From a virus, in IMG/VR virus record IMGVR_UViG_3300042398_001307, positions 24,250-88,249 of that record: a stretch of 64,000 bases of DNA, one strand, 5' to 3'. The position numbers and the translations under genes are program-made. Positions 1-8,603 of this stretch are shown here, piece after piece. Each line of letters opens with the position of its first letter. The stretch's first letter is position 1. Under the pieces are notes generated by a model. It was not told the DNA's origin, did no database searches, and saw only the letters and a list, made by a program, of their open reading frames with translations.

Positions 1-315
1 TCATCCAAAGGAAGACCGAGTTCAAGAAAGGGGAAAAGTGGAGTAGTATCTGATGAAGCTAAATTAAAGATTTCGGCGGCGTTGAAAGGCATTTCAAAAC
101 CTTCAAAAATATTGTGTTGTCCATATTGTTTATCAGAGATTAAAGGTGCATCAAACGCTAAAAGATGGCATTTTGAAAATTGCAAAAAACACCCTAACTA
201 TATAAAACCGGTAGCATTACAAAAACCAATAATTCATTGTCCATTTTGTAATGCAGCCAGTTCTAATAGATTAAGTATGCAACGATGGCATTTTGAAAAT
301 TGCACAAATAAATAG
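1..315 (+). CDS. 3' end of a homing endonuclease (NUMOD3-like plus two CxxC..RWHFENC repeats), truncated by the window
   Basis: Frame open from position 1: SDEAKLKISAALKG followed by two CP(Y/F)C...RWHFENC repeats. Confidence 0.6.
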   Translation, partial: SSKGRPSSRKGKSGVVSDEAKLKISAALKGISKPSKILCCPYCLSEIKGASNAKRWHFENCKKHPNYIKPVALQKPIIHCPFCNAASSNRLSMQRWHFENCTNK

Positions 316-324
316 TTTGGATAA

Positions 325-609
325 CTACTCACTGTTTTTAATTTTATCGAACAGTTCTTGTTGTTCTTTTTTATATCTACGATACTGGTATTCTAAAGTT
401 TTATATACAACAAAATATAAAAACATACCAATTGCATACATAACAACAAATATTGCCAATGGCAAAGCATACTCATTAGGTAAGAAAGCTAGTGACCATC
501 CTATAACCAGTACGATTATAGATAAAACTGTAATCCAGTTGGTATCTTTAAACAACCATTGTATAAAATACCATAGTTCTTTAATTTTGTGTTTCATTCT
601 ATTGCCCAA
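325..609 (-). CDS. small membrane protein
   Basis: 94 aa ORF with two hydrophobic helices. Confidence 0.6.
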   Translation of the reverse strand: MGNRMKHKIKELWYFIQWLFKDTNWITVLSIIVLVIGWSLAFLPNEYALPLAIFVVMYAIGMFLYFVVYKTLEYQYRRYKKEQQELFDKIKNSE

Positions 610-1034
610 GATAAAATAAGGTTATCAACAACAGTAGCGGCTAATTTACCATCGTATTGCCCTGCATATTGTGCTTTTAATGCCTTTATTGCAGCTGGCT
701 TACCACCTTCTTGAACATGTGGAATAATAAATGCTTCAATTTCTGCAGCAGTTAATTGTTTTGGCATGTAAACTTCAAGAATGCCTTTTTCAGTTTGATA
801 TAATGAAATATCAATACCTTTAGCAGTACCAACCGTAATACATTTGTCTAAATTCTTATCGAATTTCTTAATAACTGCAGAAACTTCGGCATCGGTTGAT
901 TCGCGTTTCCCATCATTCAACCCAACATTGGCAGCTTCGCTATATAAAGTAGTTAATAGAGAAATTGCAGTTTTTGCAGTACCTTCTTTTCGTAAGGCAA
1001 ATAAATCAGTTTTAATTTTAGCTAGTAATGTCAT
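594..1034 (-). CDS. YqeY/GatB-domain protein
   Basis: Motifs TDAEVSAVIKK, EKGILEVYMPKQLT, YAGQYDGK. Confidence 0.8.
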   Translation of the reverse strand: MTLLAKIKTDLFALRKEGTAKTAISLLTTLYSEAANVGLNDGKRESTDAEVSAVIKKFDKNLDKCITVGTAKGIDISLYQTEKGILEVYMPKQLTAAEIEAFIIPHVQEGGKPAAIKALKAQYAGQYDGKLAATVVDNLILSWAIE

Positions 1035-1224
1035 TGTTTTTACCTTCTCTGTGTGTGTTGATCCAATTTACAGCTTCTTCAGCCAATGATGAATCTAGAT
1101 TCGCGCCGACTATTACATCGGAAATAATATTACCAATTTCTATTAAATCAGGTTGGTATAACCCACAACCATTTTCTAATAAAACTTCGTTAATTTTGTC
1201 AAGTGTTTGTTCTATATATGCCAT
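1018..1224 (-). CDS. hypothetical protein
   Basis: Probable start MAYIEQ just after the terminator hairpin at 1240-1259. Confidence 0.45.
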   Translation of the reverse strand: MAYIEQTLDKINEVLLENGCGLYQPDLIEIGNIISDVIVGANLDSSLAEEAVNWINTHREGKNNDITS

Positions 1225-1237
1225 AATCTTTTTAAAT

Positions 1238-1260
1238 GAAAAGGGGGCCGAAGCCCCCAG
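1238..1260 (-). terminator. intrinsic terminator after the DUF2828 gene
   Basis: Minus strand GGGGGC-TTCG-GCCCCC-TTTT. Confidence 0.8.
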
Positions 1261-1264
1261 TTGT

Positions 1265-2677
1265 TTAAACCGCGTATCGATCAACCATTACAGTTTTTAA
1301 CATGATACCTTCTGGTGTGAAGTCACTCATGTCTGCCGCCAATAATGCTTTAACAATAGCTGGGCTGAAGCCAGAAACCATAGCTGCACCTGATTTGTCA
1401 GATTTAACTGGTACATTGTCAGATGAATTAATGTTCCAGAACACAATTTGTGGAACAGTGTAACCTGCTGCCGCATATTTGCGTTCAATCATTTGAATTG
1501 CACTATCATCGTAATGACTGCAGCAATTAAATTGCATGTCAGACATTATCAACAACATTTCTGGCATTTCAGCTTGTGGAACATCAAACTTAGTTGCTAC
1601 ATCTAAAATTAAATCAAATGCAGCGTGTAAGTTGGTACTCATACCCCATGCAGATTTAACCATTTGAGTTGCTTTTTCTACAACGTTGCCGCGTAATGTC
1701 AACAATTCTGGTTTTTCATTAAACGTGATAAAAGTATCTTTAAATTTACCAGTGTTTTTATCAGCTAAGTATAAACCTAGTGATACTGCAACATCCATGC
1801 AAGTTACCTCTGATTTAGAAGTATGCCCACCTGCACGACAGGACATTGAGCCACTAACATCAACCAATGGTAAGATATTAGCATCACCAACAAAGTTTGG
1901 TAAAGCATCCCATTGTGCAACGATATGATCTTTTTCAGTTCTATCGAAGCCATAGCTACCAACACCTTTAAGAACATCGTATGGGAATACTGCACCAGCA
2001 TTTACTTTCACACCAGCTTCACCTTTTACCAAAGCTTGAACATATTCGGCAAACTTTGGAGTATGGCGGTTAAATGCTTTTTTATAGCGAGAACTTGCCA
2101 ATGATGGCACATGGTTAAAGTTAATGTTATCCCAGTCATTCGCACACATTTGAGTTTCAACAACAGAAGTTAAAGAAACTAAAGTTTTACGGTATTGTTT
2201 TGGACTCCAACCTAAAAACTTACGAAATTCAACTGCTACATCCCCTTTACGAGGTGTCCATTTAGCAGCTAACCCGTTGCCATCAGTCAGTGCATTTTTC
2301 AACATTGTGAAAGCTTCAGTTTTCATTTCTTGAGTTTTGAACACAAAAATGTCATCCCAACGGCCCAATTCAGGCACTTTAGATAATAATACTTTTGCAG
2401 CATCGATATCAACAGTTTCTAAATGAGCTAAAATGTCTCTGAAAACTTTACGTTCGCCAGAACCGCCGCGAGCATCACGTGCCCATAATGCAATACGCAT
2501 TGCCAAGTCTTTATCTTCAACATATGCTGCTGTAAAAGCAGGAATAATGTCTTTACCACGGCTTGCACCGACATTGTAGAAAAAATCTACAGCTTTGTTA
2601 GTGGTTGATTTACGTGCTTTCATACCATTTGTGGTACGAGCTTCTTGATTTTCTACTGCTTCTACGAATGTAGTCAT
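1265..2677 (-). CDS. DUF2828-family protein with C-terminal vWA domain (inferred Ro60/TROVE-like RNA-binding ring)
   Basis: RDARGGSGER, GRWDD, LAAKWTPR and VETQMC motifs; MIDAS DVSGSM and SDMQF; AGGAG RBS. Confidence 0.8.
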   Translation of the reverse strand: MTTFVEAVENQEARTTNGMKARKSTTNKAVDFFYNVGASRGKDIIPAFTAAYVEDKDLAMRIALWARDARGGSGERKVFRDILAHLETVDIDAAKVLLSKVPELGRWDDIFVFKTQEMKTEAFTMLKNALTDGNGLAAKWTPRKGDVAVEFRKFLGWSPKQYRKTLVSLTSVVETQMCANDWDNINFNHVPSLASSRYKKAFNRHTPKFAEYVQALVKGEAGVKVNAGAVFPYDVLKGVGSYGFDRTEKDHIVAQWDALPNFVGDANILPLVDVSGSMSCRAGGHTSKSEVTCMDVAVSLGLYLADKNTGKFKDTFITFNEKPELLTLRGNVVEKATQMVKSAWGMSTNLHAAFDLILDVATKFDVPQAEMPEMLLIMSDMQFNCCSHYDDSAIQMIERKYAAAGYTVPQIVFWNINSSDNVPVKSDKSGAAMVSGFSPAIVKALLAADMSDFTPEGIMLKTVMVDRYAV

Positions 2678-2694
2678 TGTGTTATCTCCTATGT

Positions 2695-2733
2695 CAGGTT
2701 AGTGTGTTAATTTGGTTTGCTGTTTACTAAACT
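2695..2733 (-). ncRNA. scaffold RNA copy without cargo, in the 5' leader of the DUF2828 gene
   Basis: AGTTTAGT-aaaCAGCAA...ACTAACCTG lies between the promoter and the RBS. Confidence 0.7.
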
Positions 2734-2743
2734 ATAAGTGTGT

Positions 2744-2771
2744 ATTATAGCAGATTTAATTTGTTTGTCAA
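2744..2771 (-). promoter_or_regulatory. sigma70-type promoter
   Basis: TTGACA-16-TATAAT. Confidence 0.8.
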
Positions 2772-3044
2772 GTTTTTTATTGAAGCTGCAACCATGTCTT
2801 TAATATAATCATCGTAATCATCTGGGTGAACATATTCATCCCGTCCATCAACAGTCATCCAGTATCGATAATCATCCAACGGAAATACGCATGTTTCTTG
2901 AAGTTCATGGGCATAAATTGTTGTAGCATTGCTGAGGACTGCCCCTAATTCATATTCATCATTCATATTCAATCTCAATATAAATATCATGTCATATGGT
3001 CTCTTAGGTCTTACTACTGCGAATTCAGTATATTTTGGGATCAT
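2745..3044 (-). CDS. hypothetical protein
   Basis: ORF track, probable start MIPKYT. Confidence 0.5.
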   Translation of the reverse strand: MIPKYTEFAVVRPKRPYDMIFILRLNMNDEYELGAVLSNATTIYAHELQETCVFPLDDYRYWMTVDGRDEYVHPDDYDDYIKDMVAASIKNLTNKLNLL

Positions 3045-3229
3045 AAATTTAATAAAAACCAAGTTGCATGTGCGTCATCGTTAAAAGTTATTTGATACTT
3101 ATCAATAATTTTAGATTTCTTACCTTTGTATACTTCTTTAACATAAGAATATGAAGAATAATAACCACACTCAGTTGCTTTTTCAATCAACAAAAAATTT
3201 TGGTCAAGTGTAATAGTAATAGTTTTCAT
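3041..3229 (-). CDS. hypothetical protein
   Basis: Probable start MKTITI; the upstream part of the called ORF overlaps an RNA element. Confidence 0.45.
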   Translation of the reverse strand: MKTITITLDQNFLLIEKATECGYYSSYSYVKEVYKGKKSKIIDKYQITFNDDAHATWFLLNL

Positions 3230-3247
3230 AGTAATTATCAAGTTAAA

Positions 3248-3463
3248 CAGGATGGCCGGAAGGATGTATTTTATTTTCTGGTTGTCATCTACCACTTGGG
3301 GACTTGATCCACAACCCTATCTGATTTAGTCTAATCAGCAAACATTCATTTTCTAATGACAATATCTATCTTTCGCGTTAGAAGCTATCTAGATTTCTTC
3401 TAGAAATATCCGATTGATGTAAACATCACCGGAGAATAGGTTGTAATATGCAGAAACCATCCT
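3248..3463 (-). ncRNA. scaffold RNA copy with long multi-hairpin cargo
   Basis: AGGATGG-tttCTGCA...CCATCCTG closing stem. Confidence 0.65.
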
Positions 3464-3473
3464 AAAAAAGTAA

Positions 3474-3580
3474 CAGGCTAGTGTTTGTTGAAGGTTTATA
3501 CTGGCTCTTCCTTCCAGTTCGACTAGCAGTATGTTCGCCAGTCCATCCATTATAATAAATTGGATTGCTGTATCTAGCCT
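3474..3580 (-). ncRNA. scaffold RNA copy
   Basis: AGGCTAG-ataCAGCAA...CTAGCCTG. Confidence 0.75.
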
Positions 3581-3589
3581 AAATATTAG

Positions 3590-3682
3590 CGGAATAGGGG
3601 TTGCCATTTGTTTCGCTTCTAATAGCAAAGAAGTGTTTCTGGAGCGGGTATTAGCCGCGAAATTGTTGCTGTATCTATTCCC
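3590..3682 (-). ncRNA. scaffold RNA copy
   Basis: GGAATAG-ataCAGCAA...CTATTCCG. Confidence 0.7.
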
Positions 3683-3689
3683 AAATTTG

Positions 3690-3977
3690 TTATTCTAAGA
3701 TACCAATGATATCGTGTTCATGCATTACAATATAATCAATACCGTCTACTTTAATTTCAATACCAGTGCCTTTTGCATATAACACGGTATCACCAACTTT
3801 GACGAGCATAGGTCTTGTTTGACCATTATCAAGTTGTTTTCCATCACCAACTGCAAAAACTTTACCGGTTACTGATTTTTCAGTAACATCACTAGCAATT
3901 ATTAATCCAGATGCAGTAGTTTTCTTGTCAGTGTTTTTTTCAACCATAACTCTATCATTTAACACTTGTAAAGTCAT
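3690..3977 (-). CDS. groES: co-chaperonin GroES
   Basis: LNDRVMV, TTASGLII, VKVGDTVLY, EHDIIGI. Confidence 0.95.
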   Translation of the reverse strand: MTLQVLNDRVMVEKNTDKKTTASGLIIASDVTEKSVTGKVFAVGDGKQLDNGQTRPMLVKVGDTVLYAKGTGIEIKVDGIDYIVMHEHDIIGILE

Positions 3978-4249
3978 TATTCAGTCCTATTGATAATATG
4001 ATACCCAAATTGTGTTTGTACTGGTTCACTTAGATCACCAATTGCTAATCCAAATGAAACATCTTCAAATGGTTGAACCATTTGGCCACGGCGAAATGAT
4101 CCAAGATCACCACCATTTTTTCCACTAGGGCATTTACTATGCGATCTTGCTAGTAATTCAAAATCCTCGCCTTCATTGATTTGTTTAATCAAATTTTGTG
4201 CTTCATCTAGTGATCCTACTAAAATATGTCTTGCTCTTACTGTTGTCAT
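3977..4249 (-). CDS. ppiC: parvulin-type peptidyl-prolyl isomerase
   Basis: ARHILV, HSKCPSGKNGGDLG, QTQFGYHII. Confidence 0.95.
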   Translation of the reverse strand: MTTVRARHILVGSLDEAQNLIKQINEGEDFELLARSHSKCPSGKNGGDLGSFRRGQMVQPFEDVSFGLAIGDLSEPVQTQFGYHIINRTE

Positions 4250-4274
4250 ACATTCCTTTATTGTTAAATCAAAA

Positions 4275-4385
4275 CAGGATACGTGTTTTTAGCCTGGCGC
4301 TCTCCCATCTGAGCTACATTTCTATTGAAATGGTAGGACTTGAACCTACGACATCTAGGGTATATAAACTTGCTGAATGTATCCT
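4275..4385 (-). ncRNA. scaffold RNA with circularly permuted tRNA-like domain (YrlA-like)
   Basis: AGGATAC..CAGCAA, T arm GTAGGTTCAAGTCCTAC, closed acceptor hairpin CATTTC-AATA-GAAATG, D arm TAGCTCAGATGGGAGAGC, GTATCCTG. Confidence 0.85.
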
Positions 4386-4394
4386 AAAAATTAG

Positions 4395-4493
4395 CAGGGT
4401 CACTGTATTATACTGGCATACAACCATTATACTTCTAGACGGAATCGAACCGTTCCACCAGTTTGGCTTAATATAAAATGCTGAACTGACCCT
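4395..4493 (-). ncRNA. scaffold RNA with permuted tRNA-Gly(GCC)-like domain
   Basis: AGGGTCA..CAGCA, GCCaa-ACTGG, T arm ACGGTTCGATTCCGT, D arm GTATAATGGTTGTAT, CCAGT, TGACCCTG. Confidence 0.8.
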
Positions 4494-4498
4494 AAATT

Positions 4499-4573
4499 TG
4501 GAAGCGGGAGTTGGATTTGAACCAACGACCTCTGGGTTATGAGCCCAGCCATCTACCACTGATATACCCCGCG
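4499..4573 (-). tRNA. tRNA-fMet(CAT)
   Basis: Cloverleaf, GGG/CCC anticodon stem, unpaired C1, CCA. Confidence 0.9.
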
Positions 4574-4701
4574 ATAATTCTTGTTATAACTGATACTATA
4601 GTAGATGTATATTTGATCTATGATCGCTATTATTATATGTAATAGCATCAGTTATTTTTAGTAGTATACTTGATAATATTTTAGTTGTCAAGTATTTAAA
4701 A

Positions 4702-4754
4702 CAGGCTCATTTTTTCTTGTTTGCAATAAGATTATGTTATGCTGAATTGAGCCT
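4702..4754 (-). ncRNA. scaffold RNA with anticodon stem-loop (GCA, Cys)
   Basis: AGGCTCA..CAGCA..TCTTa-TTGCAAA-cAAGA..TGAGCCTG. Confidence 0.75.
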
Positions 4755-4760
4755 AAAATT

Positions 4761-4834
4761 TGGAGCGGACTACGAGATTCGAACTCGTTTAGCTAGCTTG
4801 GAAGGCTAGAGCACAACCCATATGCCAAGTCCGC
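4761..4834 (-). tRNA. tRNA-Gly(TCC)
   Basis: Cloverleaf, CTAGC-CTTCCAA-GCTAG, CCA. Confidence 0.9.
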
Positions 4835-4843
4835 AATGTTTAA

Positions 4844-4897
4844 CAGGATACGTTTTATTTCACCAATTGAAAGTTTTGTATTTGCTGAATGTATCCT
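4844..4897 (-). ncRNA. short scaffold RNA (cargo ambiguous, possible CT-TTC-AA loop)
   Basis: AGGATAC-attCAGCAA...GTATCCTG. Confidence 0.75.
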
Positions 4898-4903
4898 AAA
4901 ACT

Positions 4904-4979
<76 letters not shown>

Positions 4980-4987
4980 ATTATTCT

Positions 4988-5128
4988 TTAAACTTTGTGT
5001 TTAGTGCCACACACTGTACAAGTGGCGTTAACTTTTTTGAAATCAAGGTTCATTACTCGCATACCTTTTCCGTATGTTTTGTCTTGAAATTCATGATTAC
5101 AATTGCATTTCTTTACTTCTACAGCCAT
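4988..5128 (-). CDS. 46 aa zinc-ribbon-like protein (not in ORF track)
   Basis: MAVEVKKCNCNHEFQDKTYGKGMRVMN...CTVCG. Confidence 0.6.
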   Translation of the reverse strand: MAVEVKKCNCNHEFQDKTYGKGMRVMNLDFKKVNATCTVCGTKHKV

Positions 5129-5307
5129 TAGGCACCTCTTTTAATAAGAATGTTAATACGATTTTGATATTTACGTTTATCACGTGGTCTAACAGTTTTT
5201 TCAACTAGTTCTTGTAATTTAGCTAAACTAAAATTACCAATTCTAACTCTACCATTTTTAGTTTGATTAGGGTTAGCTTTTCTGTTTCCTTTACTAATAG
5301 TTGCCAT
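5128..5307 (-). CDS. 59 aa basic protein (not in ORF track)
   Basis: MATISKGNRKANPNQTKNGRVRIG..., downstream of a TTGACA-17-TATAAT promoter. Confidence 0.55.
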   Translation of the reverse strand: MATISKGNRKANPNQTKNGRVRIGNFSLAKLQELVEKTVRPRDKRKYQNRINILIKRGA

Positions 5308-5327
5308 TTGATGTCCTTATTATACTA

Positions 5328-5609
5328 TTACTTATTGTTGCTGTCAAGTGTTTTTATATTTTCTTCGATAAATTTAATTGCTTCATCGACTGGTAATTCA
5401 CCCACTTCTACATGAAATACATTTCTGTCTTGTGCATGAGCACCATGTGAATTAAATGCTACCTTTGGCAATTCTTTATCGTTGGTTGTACCTAACACTT
5501 CTTCAACAACTTCCTTTTTCTTACCGAAAATTGCATCCCAGTTATCTGCAAACTTCTGCCTGTTAACTGGTCTAGCTGCACTTCCTTTGCCGCCATGCCA
5601 TCCTGCCAT
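5328..5609 (-). CDS. hypothetical protein
   Basis: N-terminal WHGGKGS..R..FADNWDAIFGKK motif. Confidence 0.6.
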   Translation of the reverse strand: MAGWHGGKGSAARPVNRQKFADNWDAIFGKKKEVVEEVLGTTNDKELPKVAFNSHGAHAQDRNVFHVEVGELPVDEAIKFIEENIKTLDSNNK

Positions 5610-5821
5610 TGTATCTCCGTTACATTTTTGTTGCCAATATAGTTTTGGCTAATTCTTTTGTTGCGATTAAATCATTCTGACTAAATGAACTTTTAATCTT
5701 TTCTGAAAATTCAATTCTTTCTTCTATTGTCATTAATCTATAAATTATTTTTATCAATTCATAATCAAATTCAGTTGGTTCTTCTAAATTTTCAAACATA
5801 ATAATTATCTAGTCAGTGTGT

Positions 5822-6154
5822 TTAAATTTCAGGTTGAGTTTTTATAAATCGATCAATATTTTGAATCATCAATTGTTTCAACCTAACTTTATCATATTCA
5901 GGTTCTTTTAAACATTCTGGAAGTGTTAGCCTGAATAAAGTTTCTTTTTCTTCATCATATATGGATAATGCCCATATCTGTGTTCCACAGAATCCACTAG
6001 CAGCTAATAATATCATTTGCCACCCATCACCTTTAATAAAACTATGGGTGCGTTGCAATCGTGGTCCAACATTTGTTTTCAGAAAATCAAAAGTATTAGC
6101 TAATCTATTTTGATAATCTTCACCATAAGAATTGTTTCCGTGTATTACTAGCAT
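5822..6154 (-). CDS. hypothetical protein
   Basis: Probable start MLVIHG after GAGG RBS; the longer ORF overlaps tRNA-Ala. Confidence 0.5.
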   Translation of the reverse strand: MLVIHGNNSYGEDYQNRLANTFDFLKTNVGPRLQRTHSFIKGDGWQMILLAASGFCGTQIWALSIYDEEKETLFRLTLPECLKEPEYDKVRLKQLMIQNIDRFIKTQPEI

Positions 6155-6174
6155 TTGTGCCTCTGTGTTAAAAT

Positions 6175-6248
6175 TGGTGGAGACTAGGAGAGTTGAACTC
6201 CTGATAACGCCGTGCAAGGGCGTGGTTATACCATTTAACTAAATCCCC
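6175..6248 (-). tRNA. tRNA-Ala(TGC)
   Basis: Cloverleaf, G3-U70, CCA. Confidence 0.92.
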
Positions 6249-6251
6249 GGT

Positions 6252-6905
6252 TTATTTTAATTTTCGTCCCTTAACCCATCCTTCTGGTATTGGACTATTC
6301 TTTTGTATCTTTATATTTTTGTTAAGTTCTGCATTATGAATCCACATAGTTCCGTATTGAGAATTCTTTTCACCTGATTGTGAAATTGAACTTAACATAC
6401 CTATTTTTCTCTTTGCTTCATCTGAATGAGTTTTACCAAAAAAAGTGCCTGGTTTATTGCTATACTCTTTCTTTTTTATATCACTAATGGTTTTAGAGTA
6501 TTGTTGTTTGAATTCGTTATCTTCACGCAACTTTTTATGAAATGCATCAGAAGCTTTTTTCAGTGATGATAAAACTCTTGGATTATTTTTCCTACAATAT
6601 CTATTGAAGCCAGATGAATTTACATAATCGAACCCACCATGACCACCTTCTTTAATATTATACGTATCATTCCTACGGATAAAATCTTCTGTAACTAATT
6701 CTCTCTCCAATTCATACATTTGGTCTGAATTGTCAAATACTTGTAAAATGTCTTTTGTAAAATTATCAATACCATACTTACCAATAGCATGTTTAATGTA
6801 TTTTCCAGAACCCATATAACCATCATTTATATCTTTGGTTTTGTGAACACCAATATAAATTTTACCATTTGTATTGTTTGTTATTTTATAAACTATATAT
6901 TTCAT
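6252..6905 (-). CDS. free-standing GIY-YIG homing endonuclease (Seg-like) with NUMOD3
   Basis: YIVYKITN..KIYIGVH..GYMGSG; GKTHSDEAKRKI. Confidence 0.9.
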   Translation of the reverse strand: MKYIVYKITNNTNGKIYIGVHKTKDINDGYMGSGKYIKHAIGKYGIDNFTKDILQVFDNSDQMYELERELVTEDFIRRNDTYNIKEGGHGGFDYVNSSGFNRYCRKNNPRVLSSLKKASDAFHKKLREDNEFKQQYSKTISDIKKKEYSNKPGTFFGKTHSDEAKRKIGMLSSISQSGEKNSQYGTMWIHNAELNKNIKIQKNSPIPEGWVKGRKLK

Positions 6906-6954
6906 AGTATTATTTAGCAAAGTTCGAGACTTACCTTCGAACTTAAAATACTAT

Positions 6955-7043
6955 TTGCTCCACCCGCGCGACTCGAACACGCATACGGTTTCCCGATTAC
7001 AACTGATTAACAGTCAGTCCTCTTACCATTAGAGTAGGGTGGA
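6955..7043 (-). tRNA. tRNA-Asn(GTT), atypical (long variable arm, no encoded CCA)
   Basis: ACTGA-CTGTTAA-TCAGT; acceptor TCCACCC/GGGTGGA extended by a 10-bp inverted repeat. Confidence 0.8.
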
Positions 7044-7175
7044 GCAAATAGTACTTATAATAGTTTAGTATCAAGAGTGAGTTGTACCAAGATACCGGTC
7101 ATTCAAAATATTGTTATACAATATCTAAATCTCGCACCGCATGTTATTGTAAACTATCTTTTATTTATATTTTAT

Positions 7176-7238
7176 CAGGATGCGTTTTAACATTTTCAAT
7201 TTTTGAGATTGCTGTTTAAAGTTTGCTGAATGCATCCT
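7176..7238 (-). ncRNA. scaffold RNA with anticodon stem-loop (CAA, Leu)
   Basis: AGGATGC..CAGCAA..CAAT-CTCAAAA-ATTG..GCATCCTG. Confidence 0.8.
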
Positions 7239-7247
7239 AAAACTTTA

Positions 7248-7335
7248 CAGGATCTTTTATTTAGTGGACTTGAACCACTTAACTTACGAATATTAATCGT
7301 TTGTATTTTCCAAAGGAATATGCTGTAAAGATCCT
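7248..7335 (-). ncRNA. scaffold RNA with anticodon-like arm plus T arm
   Basis: AGGATCT..CAGCA..ACGA-TTAATAT-TCGT..AGTGGTTCAAGTCCACT..AGATCCTG. Confidence 0.8.
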
Positions 7336-7341
7336 AAATTT

Positions 7342-7430
7342 TGGCGGAAGATGTGAGATTCGAACTCACGCAACCCTTTCGAGGTTGACGGTTTAGCAAA
7401 CCGCTCCATTAACCACTCTGGCAACCTTCC
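7342..7430 (-). tRNA. tRNA-Ser(GCT)
   Basis: Type II cloverleaf, CCA. Confidence 0.92.
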
Positions 7431-7445
7431 TATTATTTTAAATTA

Positions 7446-7529
7446 TGGTACGTCTGGGCAGATTCGAACTGCCAACTCCGAAGAGTATGGGTTTTAAGCC
7501 CACTATGTATTCCGTTCCATCACAGACGC
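7446..7529 (-). tRNA. tRNA-Leu(TAA)
   Basis: Type II cloverleaf, CCA. Confidence 0.92.
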
Positions 7530-7546
7530 ATTATATACTTTATTAT

Positions 7547-7625
7547 CAGGTTAGTTGCTTACCTAAAGCTAATCGCATATAGCGACCGGAATCGAACCGA
7601 CTGTTTATTTTGCTGTAGCTAACCT
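7547..7625 (-). ncRNA. scaffold RNA with minimal permuted T-acceptor-D domain
   Basis: AGGTTAG..CAGCAA, TCGGTTCGATTCCGG, TCGC-TATAT-GCGA, TAGCTTTAGGTAAGC, CTAACCTG. Confidence 0.8.
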
Positions 7626-7634
7626 AACATTTAT

Positions 7635-7768
7635 CAGAATGCATTTTATTTTTCACCATCGCGTTTACCAGTTTCGCCACTTAAAACCAGGTTTTAAGGT
7701 AGGACTTGAACCTACAAATCAAAGATAACGGTTTCCTATTAATAAAATATAGTTGCTGTAAGCATTCT
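7635..7768 (-). ncRNA. scaffold RNA with permuted tRNA-Leu-like domain
   Basis: AGAATGC..CAGCAA, T arm, CTTAAAAC-CTG-GTTTTAAG, Leu-type D arm GGCGAAACTGGTAAACGC, GCATTCTG. Confidence 0.85.
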
Positions 7769-7774
7769 AAAACT

Positions 7775-7849
7775 TGGAGGCAGCGGGATGATTCGAACAT
7801 CCGTCCTTTGGGTTATGAGCCCAACAATCTACCACTGATATACGCTGCG
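7775..7849 (-). tRNA. tRNA-Met(CAT), second initiator-like copy
   Basis: GGG/CCC anticodon stem, C1 mismatch, CCA. Confidence 0.88.
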
Positions 7850-7905
7850 TTAATTCTTTGTGTATATTATACACGATTTTTTAATCTTGTCAAGATTAAT
7901 TTTAA

Positions 7906-8028
7906 CAGGATCCTTTTTTTACGTTGCTCTACCAAACTGAGCTAATCCCCGGTAGTTTTTCGGGGATGTTGGATTTGAACCAACGACCAACGGCTCCCAA
8001 TGCAATTATTGTATGCTGAACGGATCCT
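7906..8028 (-). ncRNA. scaffold RNA with permuted tRNA-Pro(TGG)-like domain
   Basis: AGGATCC..CAGCA, ATTGGGA, T arm, ATCCCCG-A..CGGGGAT closed acceptor, D arm TAGCTCAGTTTGGTAGAGC, GGATCCTG. Confidence 0.88.
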
Positions 8029-8097
8029 AAAACTTTTAAAATTGTTAAAGAGCTTATTAACTAATATGTGTACATTATACACTAATTAAATTATATG

Positions 8098-8562
8098 TCA
8101 AGTATAATTTGCTTCCCATCCATCTTTTTCAGTAAAAAATCTTACTGCCTTGATATTTGGATATTCACCAGCATCAAACCAATGTTTTACATTAGCTGGG
8201 ACACTGATTAAATCATTTGGTCCTACATCAAGTTCATAAAAAGTATCAGATACATTAAAAAAGAACTTTGCAGTACCATGAGTAAATAAACGCATTTCAT
8301 AATCAGTGTGAAAATGCTCTTTTTTAAACTGCTCTCTTAATGATTGATAGTTGTTAGTTGAACTATCCAATACAATAGTATCATTGTAAGGAACATCATA
8401 ATCATATTTTATTTGTTCTATAATGTTCTCATCGGGTGGAACATGGACATATAATACATGAATATTATCTAATTGTCTAGCAATTTCTTCATATTCCACG
8501 TAAGTAGTAAAATCTTCTGTGTTATCATAAATTTTTAACATAATACTACTTATCTTTTGCAC
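8098..8562 (-). CDS. mtnD: acireductone dioxygenase (cupin)
   Basis: EHFHTDYEMR, DLISVPANVKHWFD, AVRFF..GW. Confidence 0.85.
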   Translation of the reverse strand: MQKISSIMLKIYDNTEDFTTYVEYEEIARQLDNIHVLYVHVPPDENIIEQIKYDYDVPYNDTIVLDSSTNNYQSLREQFKKEHFHTDYEMRLFTHGTAKFFFNVSDTFYELDVGPNDLISVPANVKHWFDAGEYPNIKAVRFFTEKDGWEANYT

Positions 8563-8580
8563 TATAATAGTGCTAAAATT

Positions 8581-8603
8581 TGGCAGCGCGGGAGGGATTT
8601 GAA
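8581..8603 (-). pseudogene. tRNA 3' fragment (partial T arm, acceptor strand, CCA)
   Basis: TTCAAATCCCTCCCGCGCTGCCA with no adjacent 5' half. Confidence 0.55.

Noticed and set aside
3389-3628. 79 aa minus-strand ORF
   Set aside because: Overlaps three scaffold RNA copies and has no recognisable protein features
4198-4559. ORFs 4198..4476 and 4314..4559
   Set aside because: Read through tRNA and tRNA-like sequence; spurious
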